NCBI GenBank assembly: GCA_951406725.2
Contig: OX597830.1
Location: 36,208,001-36,272,000, forward strand
Reading direction: 5' to 3'
Length of the DNA stretch: 64,000 nucleotides
Source of the DNA: Octopus vulgaris
Taxonomy: Eukaryota
The translations under genes were made by a program, and so were the position numbers. Numbering within the stretch: position 1 is the first letter of the stretch; each line of letters begins with the position of its first letter. The notes below the pieces were generated by a model that saw only the letters and a list, made by a program, of their open reading frames with translations, made no database searches and had not been told where the DNA came from. Shown in pieces: positions 1 through 15,639 of the stretch.

Positions 1-70
1 TGCCCGGACTTGTTCCATGCAGGGGGACATTCTAGGTGCTATGCCATGATCAATTATGACCGAAGGGGAT
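1..70 (+). mobile_element. 3' tail fragment of SINE family E (cut by window edge)
   Basis: tgcccggacttg...ttctaggtgc...atgacc matches the 3' part of the full copy at 44068-44378. Confidence 0.65.
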
Positions 71-120
71 ATCAAATATGTATGTATATATATATATATA
101 TATATATATAATCTATAATT

Positions 121-210
121 CTTTTATTCTTTTACGTTTTTTTTTCTCTTGACTGCGGCCATACTGGAGTACCGCCATTGAAAGTTTTTTTTAGTCCAAC
201 AAAACGATTT
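121..210 (-). mobile_element. SINE family A, 3' fragment
   Basis: ttgactgcggccatactggagtaccgcc matches the family A tail at 32824-32900. Confidence 0.7.
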
Positions 211-1295
211 GCGGTGATAAAATACTCGAGTTTTGAAGAATGAAGTTTCCATTTACAATATACTCTGTATAAAGTTTGAGCACTTTATTCTTCTTTCGTT
301 TATAAACTATAACATTTGGATGTGTGTGTTCAATCAGTGTATTTGTGTATTTGTTTAATCTGTGTGAGTATGTGTGCCTGTGTAATGTGTATGCCTGTGT
401 GTACGTGTGTACGTATGTGCTTGAGTGTGTATGTATGTGCACCATTCGAAATTAAATCCTGTCACCCATTTATTCTTTCGCTTCTTCTGCTGCAGCCTTT
501 CATAACCTAGCGACGTTTGCAATGTTGCAATCGAAATGTTCCTTCTTAAAAGGCATGTTTATCTTTGTGTGTAACAAATATTTGTTATGTATATGCCTTG
601 CCTTTGTTAATTTGTATCAGTAAGAAAAACAAACACACATATAATGACATTATTATCACCATGAACCACCATGAAGCATTATTATCGTTGTGGTTCGTTC
701 GTTGAAAGTTTATAATTAAATTTCCTTAGACAGCTTCATTAATGTACAGTAGTATTTTTAGTTAAAGACAACGCTATTAAGGTGTTTCTTCCTGTTGCTT
801 TTGATAATTTTTCGAATTTTATTCTTAGTTACACTTTGTCATTTTTATTTTTATGATGATTTTTTTTATCGTTAATTACAAACATTTGTCGTGAGATAAA
901 GGTAATATAAAGAGTAATAAAAGTTAAAATAGAGATGATAATAATCGTTTATTTATTTGTAAGAAGGGTGACAGATAAAGAGACATTACAAATAAAAAAA
1001 TTACAAAAGCAGTGAGGTATTTACATAGAATCAACCATACGAAAATAGGTACAACATTATAGAATGAGGAAAGTATACTTTGAAATTTCATTATTGGAAC
1101 ACCTCTTTGGTGCCTCATGAAAATCAGCAGACCCCGGATTACCCTTACCGCTAAAGAAAGTATCGTCTAATCGTGTTTCTCGGCCTAGAGGTACATTCTA
1201 AGAGTAAACTCATTCACTTGGGTTACACTCGCCGCTCTCACCCAACTTTCAGCAAATTCAATGCAAGACACTCCCTGCTTCTACTTCCTCATCTT

Positions 1296-1404
1296 CGGCC
1301 CGAAGCTATAGTAGAAGACACTTGCCTAAGGTGCCACGCAGTGGGACTGAATCCGGAACCATGTGGTTGGTAAGCAAGCTTCTTACCACACAGCCACTCC
1401 TGTG

Positions 1405-1407
<3 letters not shown>
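1296..1407 (-). mobile_element. SINE family A, tRNA-derived head fragment
   Basis: Reverse strand reads aggcacaggagtggctgtgtggtaag (A box) ... ggttccggattcagtccc (B box); near identical to 33110-33221. Confidence 0.85.
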
Positions 1408-1454
<47 letters not shown>

Positions 1455-1489
1455 TACATACATACATACATACAAACAGACAGACAAAC

Positions 1490-1587
<98 letters not shown>

Positions 1588-1889
1588 ATAGATAACAAAT
1601 TAAAAGGGTGGCTTATTAGCAATTAGATCCTAAAGGCAAAATTAATAGAGGTCACAAAAATGACTGAGGCTGCTTAAATAAGAGTTAAGAGTTAGTTCTT
1701 ATTTTAGCATAAGCAGTGCTAGTCAGCACCCTCCCTCACTTTTGTGATCTTTTTTAATATAAGTATATATACATATGTATGTATAAATGTATATATATAT
1801 ACATGTGTGTGTGTGCGTGTGCGTGTGTATATATATTCATATATATATGTAAATTCATACGTGCATACATATATATATACACATGCATA

Positions 1890-2112
1890 CGTGTGTGTCT
1901 CTTTGCACTTGTGTTTGTCCTCACCACTGCTTGATAACATGTTATTTTGCGTCCACACAGCATTAGCACATTAGCTGTCCGGCAAAAAGAGAACGATAGA
2001 ATAAATTCCTGGTTTAAAAATAAGCATTCGGGTCAACTTGCTCGACTAAACCCTTAAGAGCAGTGCTCCAGCATGGTTTTCAGTCCAATGAGTAAAGCAT
2101 TCAAAAGAAAAA
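1890..2112 (+). mobile_element. SINE family A, diverged 3' half
   Basis: cgatagaataa ... ttgctcgactaaa ... gtgctccagcatgg match family A body and tail. Confidence 0.7.
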
Positions 2113-2718
2113 GAAAAAAGTAAGTAAATAAATTATTGACCTGGTTATTTCAGACTATTGGTGAGACTTGAACATAATGACAGTACCATTAGAATGGAAC
2201 GTATGTGACACAATCATCGCCATCTTGGTAAGATATATTTTGACCAAAGCCACGCTGACAATGCAACAATACTTTCTGAACTAAACAAGCTAAAACTTAG
2301 TCCATATTCTACTTTGCATACGTTGGTTTCTATCTTATAACACACTATATATATATATATATATGTCTGCGTCTGCAGGGCTGATTGCTTGCGTTGGGAT
2401 CTGTAATTTATTCCCTTTACAATGTTATCGTTGTTTATTCAAATAATTGTTCCTCCCACCAGAATACAGCTGACTGAAAACCAGCGTTGATTCTGACAGT
2501 TGGAGTTATTCTGTACTCACTGAAAACACTGTAACAGTACACACTTTCTAATGATGCCATTCACGAAGTTCTAAAGTCGTTCAAAGTTTTGATGTTGTAA
2601 TTGGAAATGTGTTATTTATATAAGGAGCTAAAATTGCTTATATTTTAGTCAAAAGATTAAGACGGATGCAAGACTCCATAAAGTTAAAGTGGGGGTATTA
2701 TAAAGAATTAATATATAA

Positions 2719-3150
2719 AGGTGGTGAGCTGGCAGAAATGTTACCACGCCGGACGAAATGCTTAGCGGTATTTCGTCTACTGCTACGTTCTGAGTTCAAA
2801 TTCCACCGAGGTCGACTTTGCCTTTCATCCTTTCGGGGTCGATTAAATAAGTACCAGTTACGCACTGGGGTCGATGTAATCGACTTCATCCGTTTGTCTG
2901 TCCTTGTTTGTCTCCTCTATGTTTAGTCGTTTGTGGGCAATAAAGAAATAAGAAACGTGAACAGGCCGGGCGAAATGCTTAGCGGTATTTCGTCTGACTT
3001 TAAGTTCTGAGTTCAAATTCCACCGAGGTCGACATTACCTTTTATCCTTTCTGGGTCGATAAATTAAGTATCACTTGCATACAGGGGTCGATCTAATCGA
3101 CTGGTGCCCACTCTCTAAAAATTTCGGGCCCTTTGCCTAGAGTAGAAAAG
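2719..3150 (+). mobile_element. SINE family B tandem pair (unit with tail X, then 5'-clipped unit with tail Y)
   Basis: tRNA-like head (gagctggcagaa...gagttcaaattcc), central gtcgactttgcctttcatcctttcggggtcgat...aagtacc resembling the Meta/MESC SINE domain as I recall it; second unit starts at 2952; flanked by aatatat(a/g)aag at 2710-2720 and 3151-3161. Confidence 0.85.
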
Positions 3151-3230
3151 AATATATGAAGTGCTTACCCAATATATGAATTAATCGTTAAATGAAACCT
3201 CAATTTTCTTGAATCTTTTATTCCAAACCA

Positions 3231-3436
3231 TTCTTTTATTTTTTTTTTACTTGTTTTAGTCATTTGACTGCGGCCATGCTGGAGTACCACCTTGAAGTAT
3301 TTTAGTTGAACAAATCAACTCCAGGACTTTTTTTAAAGCTTAATACTTATTCTATTCTTCTCTTTTGCCGAGCCGCTAAGTTACGGAAAAATAAACACAC
3401 CAACACCACTTGTCAAGTGGCGAAACACAAAGATAC

Positions 3437-3468
<32 letters not shown>

Positions 3469-3617
3469 GACTGGCTTCTTTTAGATTCCATCCACCAGAT
3501 TCACTCACAAGGCTTTGGTCAGTCTGAGGCTATAGTAAAAGACATTTGCCCAAGTTGCCGCACAGTGGGACTGAACCCGGAAATATGTGGTTGGGAAGCA
3601 AGTTTCTTATCACACAG
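3231..3617 (-). mobile_element. SINE family A, near full length
   Basis: Colinear with 32824-33221; internal (TA)n. Confidence 0.85.
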
Positions 3618-3642
3618 TAAAATTAACCCATAAAAACTACAA

Positions 3643-4128
<486 letters not shown>

Positions 4129-4759
4129 AAACATTTGAACGTTACTTCACAATGACAAATAATTTAGCAAATGTTTGTACGTTTCAGTGACTATTCACCT
4201 CCTCAGCCACAGTTGAACTAAATACATTTATTAATTTTAAATATACGAGTGTATGTATGTGTGTATGTAGGCGTGTGTGTGCGACTGTATGCAGTGCAGT
4301 AAATACATACGTAAGCACACTGCTATATGGAATGAGTAAGTCAAAATAAACAAAAATAAATTCAAATAAACACAATAGAATGAAGTTAATGGTTGTCAGA
4401 GAGATGTTAAGAAGGTAAACAGCATCTAAGGTTAATAGGGACTTTAAAAATATTGAGAGAATGGCGTCAAGAATTAATGAACGTTTAAAAGAAAGATGCA
4501 ATGAACGACAGAGTGAATGAGTTGATGAATGAGAAAAAACTTGAAAAGAAACAAAGAAGGAATAAAACAAAAGAAATCCAGAAGCACGAAAGCAAAAAAC
4601 TCTTAGACATTCATATACACTCACTCATTCACGCACATGTACGTGCATACATTCATACATACATTAAAGAATATATACATACATATATATACATATATAT
4701 GTATATGTGTATATATATATATATTTATATATATATACATGTGCATGTGTGTGAATATG

Positions 4760-4852
<93 letters not shown>

Positions 4853-4928
4853 TTATTTATACATACATGTATGTATATAGATAGGAAGAAAGAGATGAGG
4901 CGGGCGGTAAAGAAATAGAAATTAAGTG

Positions 4929-4996
<68 letters not shown>

Positions 4997-5369
4997 CAAG
5001 TAGGTAGCAAGGTAGGTCGGCAAGGTAGGTCGGCACATACATACATACACATATACATACATGCGTTCAGAGAACAAAAGAAAGAAACAAAGAAACCAAG
5101 ACAGCGATGAAAGCAAGATATATATATATATATATATATATATAGTAAGTGTTCGTTGAGTATTTCTAATTCGTTTGATCTTAACGAGAATCTCCATTTA
5201 ATTTTAACACTGAAACTTTACAACAATTAATTGTGTGTTTCTACATGTCTTCCTACATCAATTTGTCGCTGAAGACAGCTAGCAGAGAGGCAGACAGACA
5301 GAGAAGACAGACAGACTGAGAGAGAGACACAGGAGAAGAGAGCGCGGAAGAGAAGAGAGAAAGCGTGTA

Positions 5370-5498
5370 ATGCGTGTGTGTGCGTATGTGAATGTGTGTA
5401 TGAATGTGTGTGTACTTATATATATATATGCATGTACATGCATATATATGTATGTATATATATATATATATATACATATGTATATATATATATTTTTT

Positions 5499-5530
<32 letters not shown>

Positions 5531-5650
5531 TATACATATGTATATATATATATATGTATATATATATGTGTGTACATATATATGTATATATATATGCATG
5601 TACATATATATGTATATATATATATATATATATATGTAACTATATTTATG

Positions 5651-5690
<40 letters not shown>

Positions 5691-5729
5691 GGAGTCAATA
5701 TATGTATGTGTACGTATATACATATATAC

Positions 5730-5778
<49 letters not shown>

Positions 5779-5780
5779 TA
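5370..5780. repeat. degenerate (TA)n/(TG)n/(TATG)n microsatellite field
   Basis: Direct inspection; one of dozens of such fields in the window. Confidence 0.95.
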
Positions 5781-6442
5781 TTTATACATATGTATACAGA
5801 CATATTCACACACAATACTACTGACTGCCATCTTGACTGAATACATATGTGTGTGTATAGACACAGATACGGATATAAATATATTACACATACAGTAAAT
5901 ATATGCATACATGTATATGTGTGTGTGCCTGTGTGTGTGTGCATGTGTGTATGTATTACATATATGATATATGCGTATATGTGTGTGTGTAAACATATGC
6001 ATATCTATATCTATAGATATACATACCCACTCAAACATGCACATATTTATAGCCATGTACGAATACGTTTCTACCTGTGTATGGTCTGTATGTGGTTCAT
6101 GTTTACAATGGTGAGAAAGAAAGAAACAGAAGTCAGAAGAAGATAGATTGCCGATGGTCACGTGAGAGCCACGTGAGCAAGGGAGGAGAAGTGAAGAAGA
6201 GTGACAGAGTAATAGGAAAGAATAGTGGGAGAAGAGGAGATAAAAGAATGAGAGAGAAAAACGAAAAAGTAAAAAGATCGCATAGAATGTGCATCAGAAT
6301 TAAGATAAAACTTACTTGGAAGAGGATGTGTGGCGTTCAATCATATAATGATATAAATAATATACATATATATGCATATATACATACGTATATGTACATA
6401 CGTATATATATGTATATATACACACATATATATATACATATA

Positions 6443-6494
<52 letters not shown>

Positions 6495-6528
6495 CATATA
6501 TATAAGCATATGTAGGCGCAGGATGTCA

Positions 6529-6685
6529 TGAGTTCTTTCCGTTTTCCCTTTCCGTTTAGCAAATCCACTCACTGCGTTTTTATCGTCCCGATGTTATAGT
6601 AGAAGACACCTACCTAAAGTGTTACGCAGTGGTATTGAACCTGGAACCGTGTGACTGGGAAGCCAACTTCTTACCACACAGCCTC
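6529..6685 (-). mobile_element. SINE family A, 5' half
   Basis: caaatccactcac...tagtagaagacac...cttaccacacagcc. Confidence 0.75.
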
Positions 6686-6779
6686 CAATGTATATTACCA
6701 TGCCATATTAAATTCAAGATACCAATTGTCACCTTTCGTAATCCAAGACAGTTCCGCAATTTCTTGCCGAACGACCAGC

Positions 6780-7018
6780 ACAAATGATTTGTTTATGTTG
6801 ATCAAATGTATGTGGTGCACATTGGCCCATTCCCTCCATTAATTTGATGCTGTCTGAATAGGTGCAATGTGTACCACGCGTCAGGTGTCGAAGTAATCAC
6901 AGAACGATGTGAGGTGAAGTGTTTAGCTTAAGAACAAAACACACCATTCGGCCCAGAAATTGAAACCTCGATCTCACGACCGTGAGAGCAAGACCCTAAT
7001 CATAGGGTCATGCACCCT
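6780..7018 (-). mobile_element. diverged tRNA-derived SINE with CORE-like domain
   Basis: Reverse strand: tRNA-like head (gatcgaggtttcaatttc) then tgttcttaagctaaacacttcacctc, similar to 44150-44180. Confidence 0.5.
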
Positions 7019-7530
7019 AATATTATTTTATATACCCATAAAATATATCACTTTCCAAAGAACAAGTAAACTGTCAAAGACCAGGGCTTGTGCCGCCCTA
7101 AATCACAAGGAATAACATTTCTGTCTGAAAAGCAAAGAGGTTCTGTTATATTCTATAAAAGAACAAAATTGTTCTATTATAGAATTCATTCACACGATCC
7201 ATTATACGAAATGTTGCTGGAGTCTTCCAGTGCAAACTAACATCCAGTGCTACCAGGCCTGACATGTTAATCTGTGTTAATTTAAACTTAGAAGCCCGTT
7301 TTCCTGTAGGTCTGATTTAAGATGTAACATTTACCGGTCGAACATTTCTGGTCATTTACTTGGTGCCTTTCTTGTTCGCAGTCAATTGTTTTACTGTTCT
7401 AACTACTGATATTGATTATTACTGTTTAACAATATTAAGGAATTGAACCAGTGGCACAAAACCAATTATTTTGAAATAAAAGGACAGGCGATTTCAACGA
7501 CTACAGTAAGTTGACTAATATATTTAAGTC

Positions 7531-7715
7531 GGTTTCAAATTTTGGCACAAGACGCGTACGTCGGGGAAAGGGCAAAATATTACATCGACTCCTTTCTCGA
7601 AAGCATCAAAAGCAAAGTCGACTCTGGCGGCGTTTAAGCCCAGGGCGTAATGACGGACGAAAGGCCGCAAAGTGCTTTGTCCGATTTGCTAATGATTCTG
7701 CCAGCTCATCGCCTT
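7531..7715 (-). mobile_element. SINE family B (tail Z), internally deleted
   Basis: ggtttcaaattttggcacaag tail; gcaaagtcgac; gattctgccagctcatcgcctt head. Confidence 0.75.
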
Positions 7716-8840
7716 AACGACTATATTTATATATATACGGTTCCGTACTCTATACAGTAATATTGGTCTCTCCATCACCGCTATGTTGTCCGATTTCTTT
7801 CAATGGATTCTGAAGCAAGCCGGATTACAAGTTACTAACAATTCGGTCGTCTCCACCATTATTTCTTGGGTGGAAAAGGACACAGTGAGTGGTCCTCCCA
7901 CCCTCTCATATAGCAAAATTGGTGTCATTTAGGTTTCGTCTAACTTGTTGCAAATCGACAAATGCAGGAAATGCATGAAAGAGCGAAGAGCTCCTTGTTA
8001 GGCGAGAGAACTAGGCGTACCGGTAATTTCAGTCGTATCCCGTACTTTCTTGTTTTTGTTGGGTTTTGTTAGGGTTTTTAAATATGTTTCCACCTTACAC
8101 TTACACAAAAGCTAACTCTAATAACTGTACTGTAACATATTATATGAAAAACGTTTACCTATTGTTTCCAGCATGTTAAATGACCTATGTAGTGAATCGC
8201 ACGTTGTTGCCTGAAGCGTCCACCATATTTTCGACGCTCATCTTGTTGTTTAGTCCCAAACCAGTTCTCATCGAGCAGACGTAAGGAAATATTCCTTTCC
8301 ATCTGTGACCATCCCGTATGTTACCTATAGGCAAGGTGCACTGCACCAAAAACGTGTAATTTCCAACAACATATACTTTCCTAAGACAATACTATATAAC
8401 ATGATGTATAAGTGACTTCTATTTCTAGCATACCGTAGGACCGAAGAGAAGCTACCTCACTGGCCGTTTTTTTCTTTATTGCTATTTATTTATTTACTTA
8501 TCTATTTATTTATTTACTTATTTATTTATTCATTCATTCATTGTATTATAAGCAATGGGGAATAGAACAGGATTGCAAAGGAATGGCGGCGCGAACGCTT
8601 ACAATCAGCTCCTCCCACCCCCCAATCACAGATAATAGGAAGACTGATAGAAAGCAATCATGATTTGTGTATTTTTAATTCTTTCTCAGACCTCTGGCAT
8701 CTTTTCTTCATACAATTTCACAATTAGTTAAAAAGATCTCGACATATTATCTTCATTGGTGTGAGGCTAAATATATTGATTTAACCGTCAACGATTACAC
8801 GTATGCACATAGACATATATACATGTATATATATACACGC

Positions 8841-8873
<33 letters not shown>

Positions 8874-9055
8874 CATTTATACATGTATATATATATATAT
8901 ATATAGTTTGTGTCTATGTATAGATGTATGTATGTATTGGTGTGTGGGTGTCAGAGAGAGACAGAGAGAGAAAGACAGAGACCGAGTGTGAGGTAGCCTA
9001 TTTGTATTGTATATGTGACTATGTATATACGTATATATATATATATATATATATA

Positions 9056-9091
<36 letters not shown>

Positions 9092-9188
9092 TGAGAGAGA
9101 GACATAGAGACAGACAGATATAAATGTGCATATGCATTCATACTCATACATGCATATTTGTATGATCTCGACTGCGTATTTGTATATA

Positions 9189-9335
<147 letters not shown>

Positions 9336-9468
9336 ATATCTTCACATGTACATAGTATACTATATTGAGAATATCTGAAACTGTATATGCTTATACAACG
9401 CATGTGAATACACGTACCCCTGTGATTGCGTGCATGTATGTGTGTATCTCAAATATATATATATGGGT

Positions 9469-9538
<70 letters not shown>

Positions 9539-9964
9539 GTATTGTTATGATACCTATGAAATAACGTAACACTATTAATATTTTGTTTGTTAGGAGTCAA
9601 TAGGTGTGCGCATATGCGTCTGCATGTGTGTATAAGTTTCTGCGCTGTTGTATATGTTCAGCTATCGAGATATGTGTTTGTTCGCGCGTGTGTAAATATG
9701 TGTGTTAAATACACTACTCTTTCTGAGTATGTTTGTAAATATGAGATTGTAACAATGAGTGTGTATAACCATGTGCTTGTAGGTTGGGAGGTGTATTTGT
9801 TTTGAGGTCTGGATGCGCATGCGTTTATCTATGTTCAATGTGTGAGTGTGTGAGTGCATGCGCGCACATTGATGCGTGTCTGTGTGCTTGTGTGCACGTT
9901 TTTGTATGCGTCGTTACATATACACGTGCGTGTTGTTGTAAAAATAATGCTTCATTTCCTAAAT

Positions 9965-10239
9965 GACGATGTGGTGACTATGATGATGACGACGATGATG
10001 ATGACGGTGACGACGATGATAAAGATAATGATGATGATGATGATGATGATGATGGGTTGGGTGGCAGCGGTGGTCGTGAAGAGATATGGGGGAGAAAGGC
10101 AGCGACGGATAATATACTGCTCCAAATTAACACTTGACAGCCCGTGGGGTAACAAATTAACTTACGTCTTATTCCAAAAGATATTCGAATCCGACGAACA
10201 AATTACAGTTTCCACCGTGCAACCACCGCCGCTAACACC

Positions 10240-10271
<32 letters not shown>

Positions 10272-10485
10272 CAACAACAACGCCACCACCGCCACCACCG
10301 CCGCCGCTCTCTTCTTGTTCTTCAGTAGAAGCAGCAGCAGCAGCACAAGTCGATGCCACCAACGGAACCGTCATCACCACCACCATCTTTTTCACCGCCA
10401 CTGCAATAGTACAGATATCGTTTACCGCCTTTTTCTCTCCAAACTCTAACAATCATAATCTTCGTCTTCGACGTTGTCGTCGTCG

Positions 10486-10523
<38 letters not shown>

Positions 10524-10899
10524 GTCATCATCATCATCACCACCATCATCATCATCGTATCGCCATTGCAATCATCATCATAATTATCATCATCATCGTC
10601 GTCATCGTCGTCGTCATCATTATGGTCGTTGTCATCGACGTTGTCGTTATCATCATCAGCAGCAGCTAATCACCAACATCGTCGACGTCATCATACTCAT
10701 CGATGATTACATCATCATCATCATCGCCATCGTCATCGTCATCGTCAACATCATCATCATCATCGTCATCATCATCACAACCACCAACTATGTCATCATC
10801 ACTGTTATCGTAACCATCATATCACCATTGCAATCATCATAATCATCGTCATCGTCGTCGTCGTCGTCGTCGTCCTCCTCCTCCTCCTCCTCCTCCTCC

Positions 10900-10930
<31 letters not shown>

Positions 10931-11169
10931 AATCACCATCGTCAAAACCTTCATCGTCAAAATTGTCATCGTCCTCCTTCTGCTCCTACCCCCTCATCAT
11001 CTTTATCATCATCATCATCATCACCATCATCACCATCATCATCATCACCATCATCATCATCACCATCATCATCACCATCATCATCATCACCATCATCACC
11101 ACCACCATCATCATCATCATCATCATCACCACCATCATCATCATCACCATCATCACCACCACCATCATC

Positions 11170-11201
<32 letters not shown>

Positions 11202-11260
11202 CATCGTCATCATCATCATCGCCACTGCCGATATCGCTGAGGTCACATTATCATTATCAG
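9965..11260. repeat. compound triplet-repeat tract (GAT, CCA, CAA, CAT, CGT, CCT)
   Basis: Direct inspection; explains overlapping homopolymeric ORFs on both strands. Confidence 0.9.
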
Positions 11261-11746
11261 TATAATTATCGTTTTTCTCGTCGTCAATGCTGTTTCTTTT
11301 ACGGTATGCATTTACCCACTTCTCCTTATTAGGTAACCTTGTTGTTGTTGCTGCTGTTGTCGTCGTAGTTGTTGTTTCTGTTGTTGTTCTTGTTGTTGCT
11401 GTCTTATTGCTTTTGTTTCCGTTATTGCTTTGTTGTTTTTGTTGTTGTTGTTGCTGCTATTGTTGGGCTTTTTTTGTTCTCTTTTATTCCTCCAGTCTCC
11501 CCCAATTATTTTAATAAGCATTCGTTGGATTTAATTGCTTCAAGAGTTTTCGCTAATACCCTGCTATTTTGCTGCCAAGCAAATCGGTACGTTCCTGTGC
11601 ACATGTGTGCAAGTGTGTGTGTGTGCCTGTATGATTGTGTTTGTACACACACATACCTTTACATATACATACACTTGCATACAAATACATACCCATATAT
11701 ATTATGCATATGTAATATACATATATGATGTGTGTATACATATACA

Positions 11747-11792
<46 letters not shown>

Positions 11793-11821
11793 GATATATC
11801 CGTTCTCTCTCTCTCTCTCAG

Positions 11822-11889
<68 letters not shown>

Positions 11890-12906
11890 CATATACCATC
11901 ACATACACAAATGTTTGTGTGTGTTAGAGTACGTTATTGTATGTACTAACTTTTGTGTGTGTATATATGGATGCGTGTTGGTGTCTCCGAATGTGCGTAT
12001 TTGTGCCTCTCTAATAAAAAAAGAATATAAAAACTAAGCTGTAAATATTCAACGAGGAAAATAATGTGAGGGTTCAGAAGTGAAACCCTTAAACAGATAC
12101 CAAAATGTCACCATCAACAACCACGCACCATTTGTATTTCTTTTCTATAGCTTAACATTCGGGGTCCGATATGGGACGCGAACCGTTTAAAAAACTCTGA
12201 ATGGTACTCTGATCATAATGGAATGGTTACCATTGCCACTGCCACTTCTATTATGGTTGTTACTGTTGCTGTTGTTGTTGTTCTTCTTCTTATAGTACTT
12301 TTCATTGTCCTTCTCATTTTCCTCTTCTTTTTCTCATTGTTCTTCTTCTTCTCCTTCTTCTTCTTTTTGGTCTTGTTGCTATTGCTCTTGCTGTTGTTCA
12401 TCTTCCTCGACGCCACGGTCAATCGTAATCAACCCGGGGTCAGAGTTGTTCCAACTATGAAACATACGGATCTTTATATTTTCTCAAACATCGTCTCGTA
12501 TTACAGTATCACCCAGTGTCACTAGTGCGATTGAAAAAAGTTTTGCTATTATTTCAAGTTGACTTCGCAACGACGTAAAGTCTCATTCTTTAGAAGAATT
12601 ATTAAGTCATCAGCCTGTATTGTCATGGTTAAAAAACTCTCAGAAAATGTGTGCCATTGTTCTATCTGTTCTTGTCGTCTTGTGTCCCCAGAAAAACCCT
12701 GATTCCCTCAATCATAAATCTTGTATCCATAACTGTATCTATTTTTGTTTGTGTCAGTCTTGTTTTTAAGAACTAAATTATCTAATATGCTCTTCCATTT
12801 TATTAAAAGACATGATGCATTTTTAACACATCTGTCTCCAGTGTCTGCAACCATTTAGAAATCTCTGAAATAGCTCGTATAATTGTACACGCGCACTCTC
12901 TCTCTC

Positions 12907-12945
<39 letters not shown>

Positions 12946-14093
12946 TACACACACATATATATGTGGGTGCTCAACACCGCTTTACGTGGTTAAATTTATT
13001 TTTTAATTATGGATTAACAATGCTGACAAAGGTTTCATTCCAAAAATCGCTTGTTGAATGCGGGTACGTGAGATTACACGAATGTCTGTGGGACTTCAAA
13101 CGTTGCTTGTCGATGTGGTATGGGATATTACATAAACGGATAAGGAGAGGCAACTCTTGTAGTGTTTTCTTACTTCCCTAGTATTGAACCAATGTTTTTG
13201 TGTGTGTAGGTGAGAATTAAGTGGCTACCCTTGGATTTTGCATTCAACACAGTGTACTAACTATACGAATACATTCGCACGTACCCTTCAAAAGACGTTC
13301 ACAATATGCGTTATACGTTAGCACTTTTGTGGTGTATGTTCATATGCATACTGCTTATTGTATGGGGTTTGCAAAAGTTTTAAAAGCATATAAAATCATA
13401 ATGTTGCAAGTTCAGGAAAATATATTTCAGAAATCATATAATGTTTCGTATGCATGTTATATATGGGCACGGTTATCAATTAAGGGATCGGATAACAAAA
13501 ATACATTTTCATTATGCATATTAGATATACTAACGTTATATTTGTTATAAATTAAATTTCTCTTGGCTGCAAAGGCGATGAGCTCCATAAGAAGTACTCT
13601 CTGAAATTTCTTGTTTTAGGCTGTTGTTTGTGTAAGCAAAATGGTCGTTATGAAAGTTACATATAATTTCTTAGTAATACAGGTATTACATCTGGTACCC
13701 CATTCTTTAAACATACTGTCGTTGTCTATGATGTTCCAGTTTATCCAGGGATTTCCACACGCATAACTTTCAAGCTTCATATTATATAAGACAAAGAAAT
13801 TGTGGGCCAGTAACTGAAGATTCGGTATTTCATTATATCCGTGATGTACGTCGCAATAATATATTGCAATGAGTGCATTTATCGTATGTCGTAATGAGTG
13901 CATATATCTTCTAGCTAGCATTTTGCAGACCGATATAAATATAAATTTCTTTATAAGCATAAAAATACATAACTAAATGAATCAGTGCATCAGATTTATA
14001 CGTCAGCATTTGTAACAATATATATCCGTAGAAATTAATGCATATACATGTGTGTGTATATACATATACATATATATATATATACATATATAA

Positions 14094-14145
<52 letters not shown>

Positions 14146-14380
14146 GCACACACACATATGTATATATATATATACACACGGGTGCGTGTCCGTGATTATG
14201 CATGCACGGCTACACGTGGGTTGTGCGTATTTAGTTGATATGCACGAATGGGTAGGTTCCTAGATAGGCCGATTTGCATGCACGTATATCAATATCTACA
14301 TAAAGTATATGTGTTTATTTAGATAAGTGTATGGATAGCTGCATAGTATATGCATACACAGAAGTAATGCCACTGCAATA

Positions 14381-14435
<55 letters not shown>

Positions 14436-14671
14436 TATGTATGTATGTATAAGTACATAAGAATGTATATGTAATGCCGAGGTGTATTTACTACTTAAAT
14501 CTACATCAATATATTGTAAGAAATTGGTACATTAATGGAAAGATGTAGGATTAATCAAACGCTTTCTGGAGCAGCTACGGAGCATAGACATACACACATA
14601 CAATCATATCCATGGAAATTTGTATAAACAGAAATGTGGATATATACATGAAGATATATGTATATAAATAT

Positions 14672-14673
<2 letters not shown>

Positions 14674-14757
<84 letters not shown>

Positions 14758-14758
14758 T

Positions 14759-14841
<83 letters not shown>

Positions 14842-14956
14842 GCTACCTAATTATTATTAACGTACTTGCATATTTAAATATTAAATATATACTACGTATA
14901 TCTCCATATATATATGTATGTATAACTGTTTTTATAGATAGATAAATAGAAAGATT

Positions 14957-15007
<51 letters not shown>

Positions 15008-15024
15008 TGATAGATAGATAGATG

Positions 15025-15071
<47 letters not shown>

Positions 15072-15184
15072 GCTACCTAATTATTATTAACGTACTTGCA
15101 TATTTAAATATTAAATATATACTACGTATATCTCCATATATATGTATGTATAACTGTTTTTATAGATAGATAAATAGAAAGATT

Positions 15185-15245
<61 letters not shown>

Positions 15246-15300
15246 GTAGGTAGGTAGGTAGGTAGGTAGGTACGTAGGTACGTACGTACGTACGTACGTA
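14674..15300. repeat. (GATA)n arrays with a 230-bp-period tandem duplication of the intervening unique segment
   Basis: tgctacctaattattattaacgtacttgc...aaatagaaagattga occurs at 14841 and 15071. Confidence 0.9.
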
Positions 15301-15639
15301 CGTACATACATACGTATATACATACATACGTACTACGTAGTACGTACGCCTAAACCCTCTCATATGCTCACACACAGTCACACATGCGAAGATCGTAAAA
15401 TTTCTTGCTTAGCCTGCCACAACAGCTCAAGTCTCGTCTGGAACAAAATTTCCTCAAGCAATATTTTTAAGCTTCTAATACCAATTTTCTGTAGACAAGA
15501 CATAGTATTCATTAAAGAGATTAACTACTGTTTTTAGGACGAAGAATTTATAATGAAATCACGAAAGATCAGCAATAAACGTATTTGTGTACGAAAGTAT
15601 GTCAGCATGTATATAATTGTATAACTACCTTGTCTTTAT

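Noticed and set aside
9854-10669. Longest ORF (271 aa, poly-M/P/T/H)
   Set aside because: Built from concatenated triplet repeats, with overlapping ORFs on both strands and no recognisable domain.
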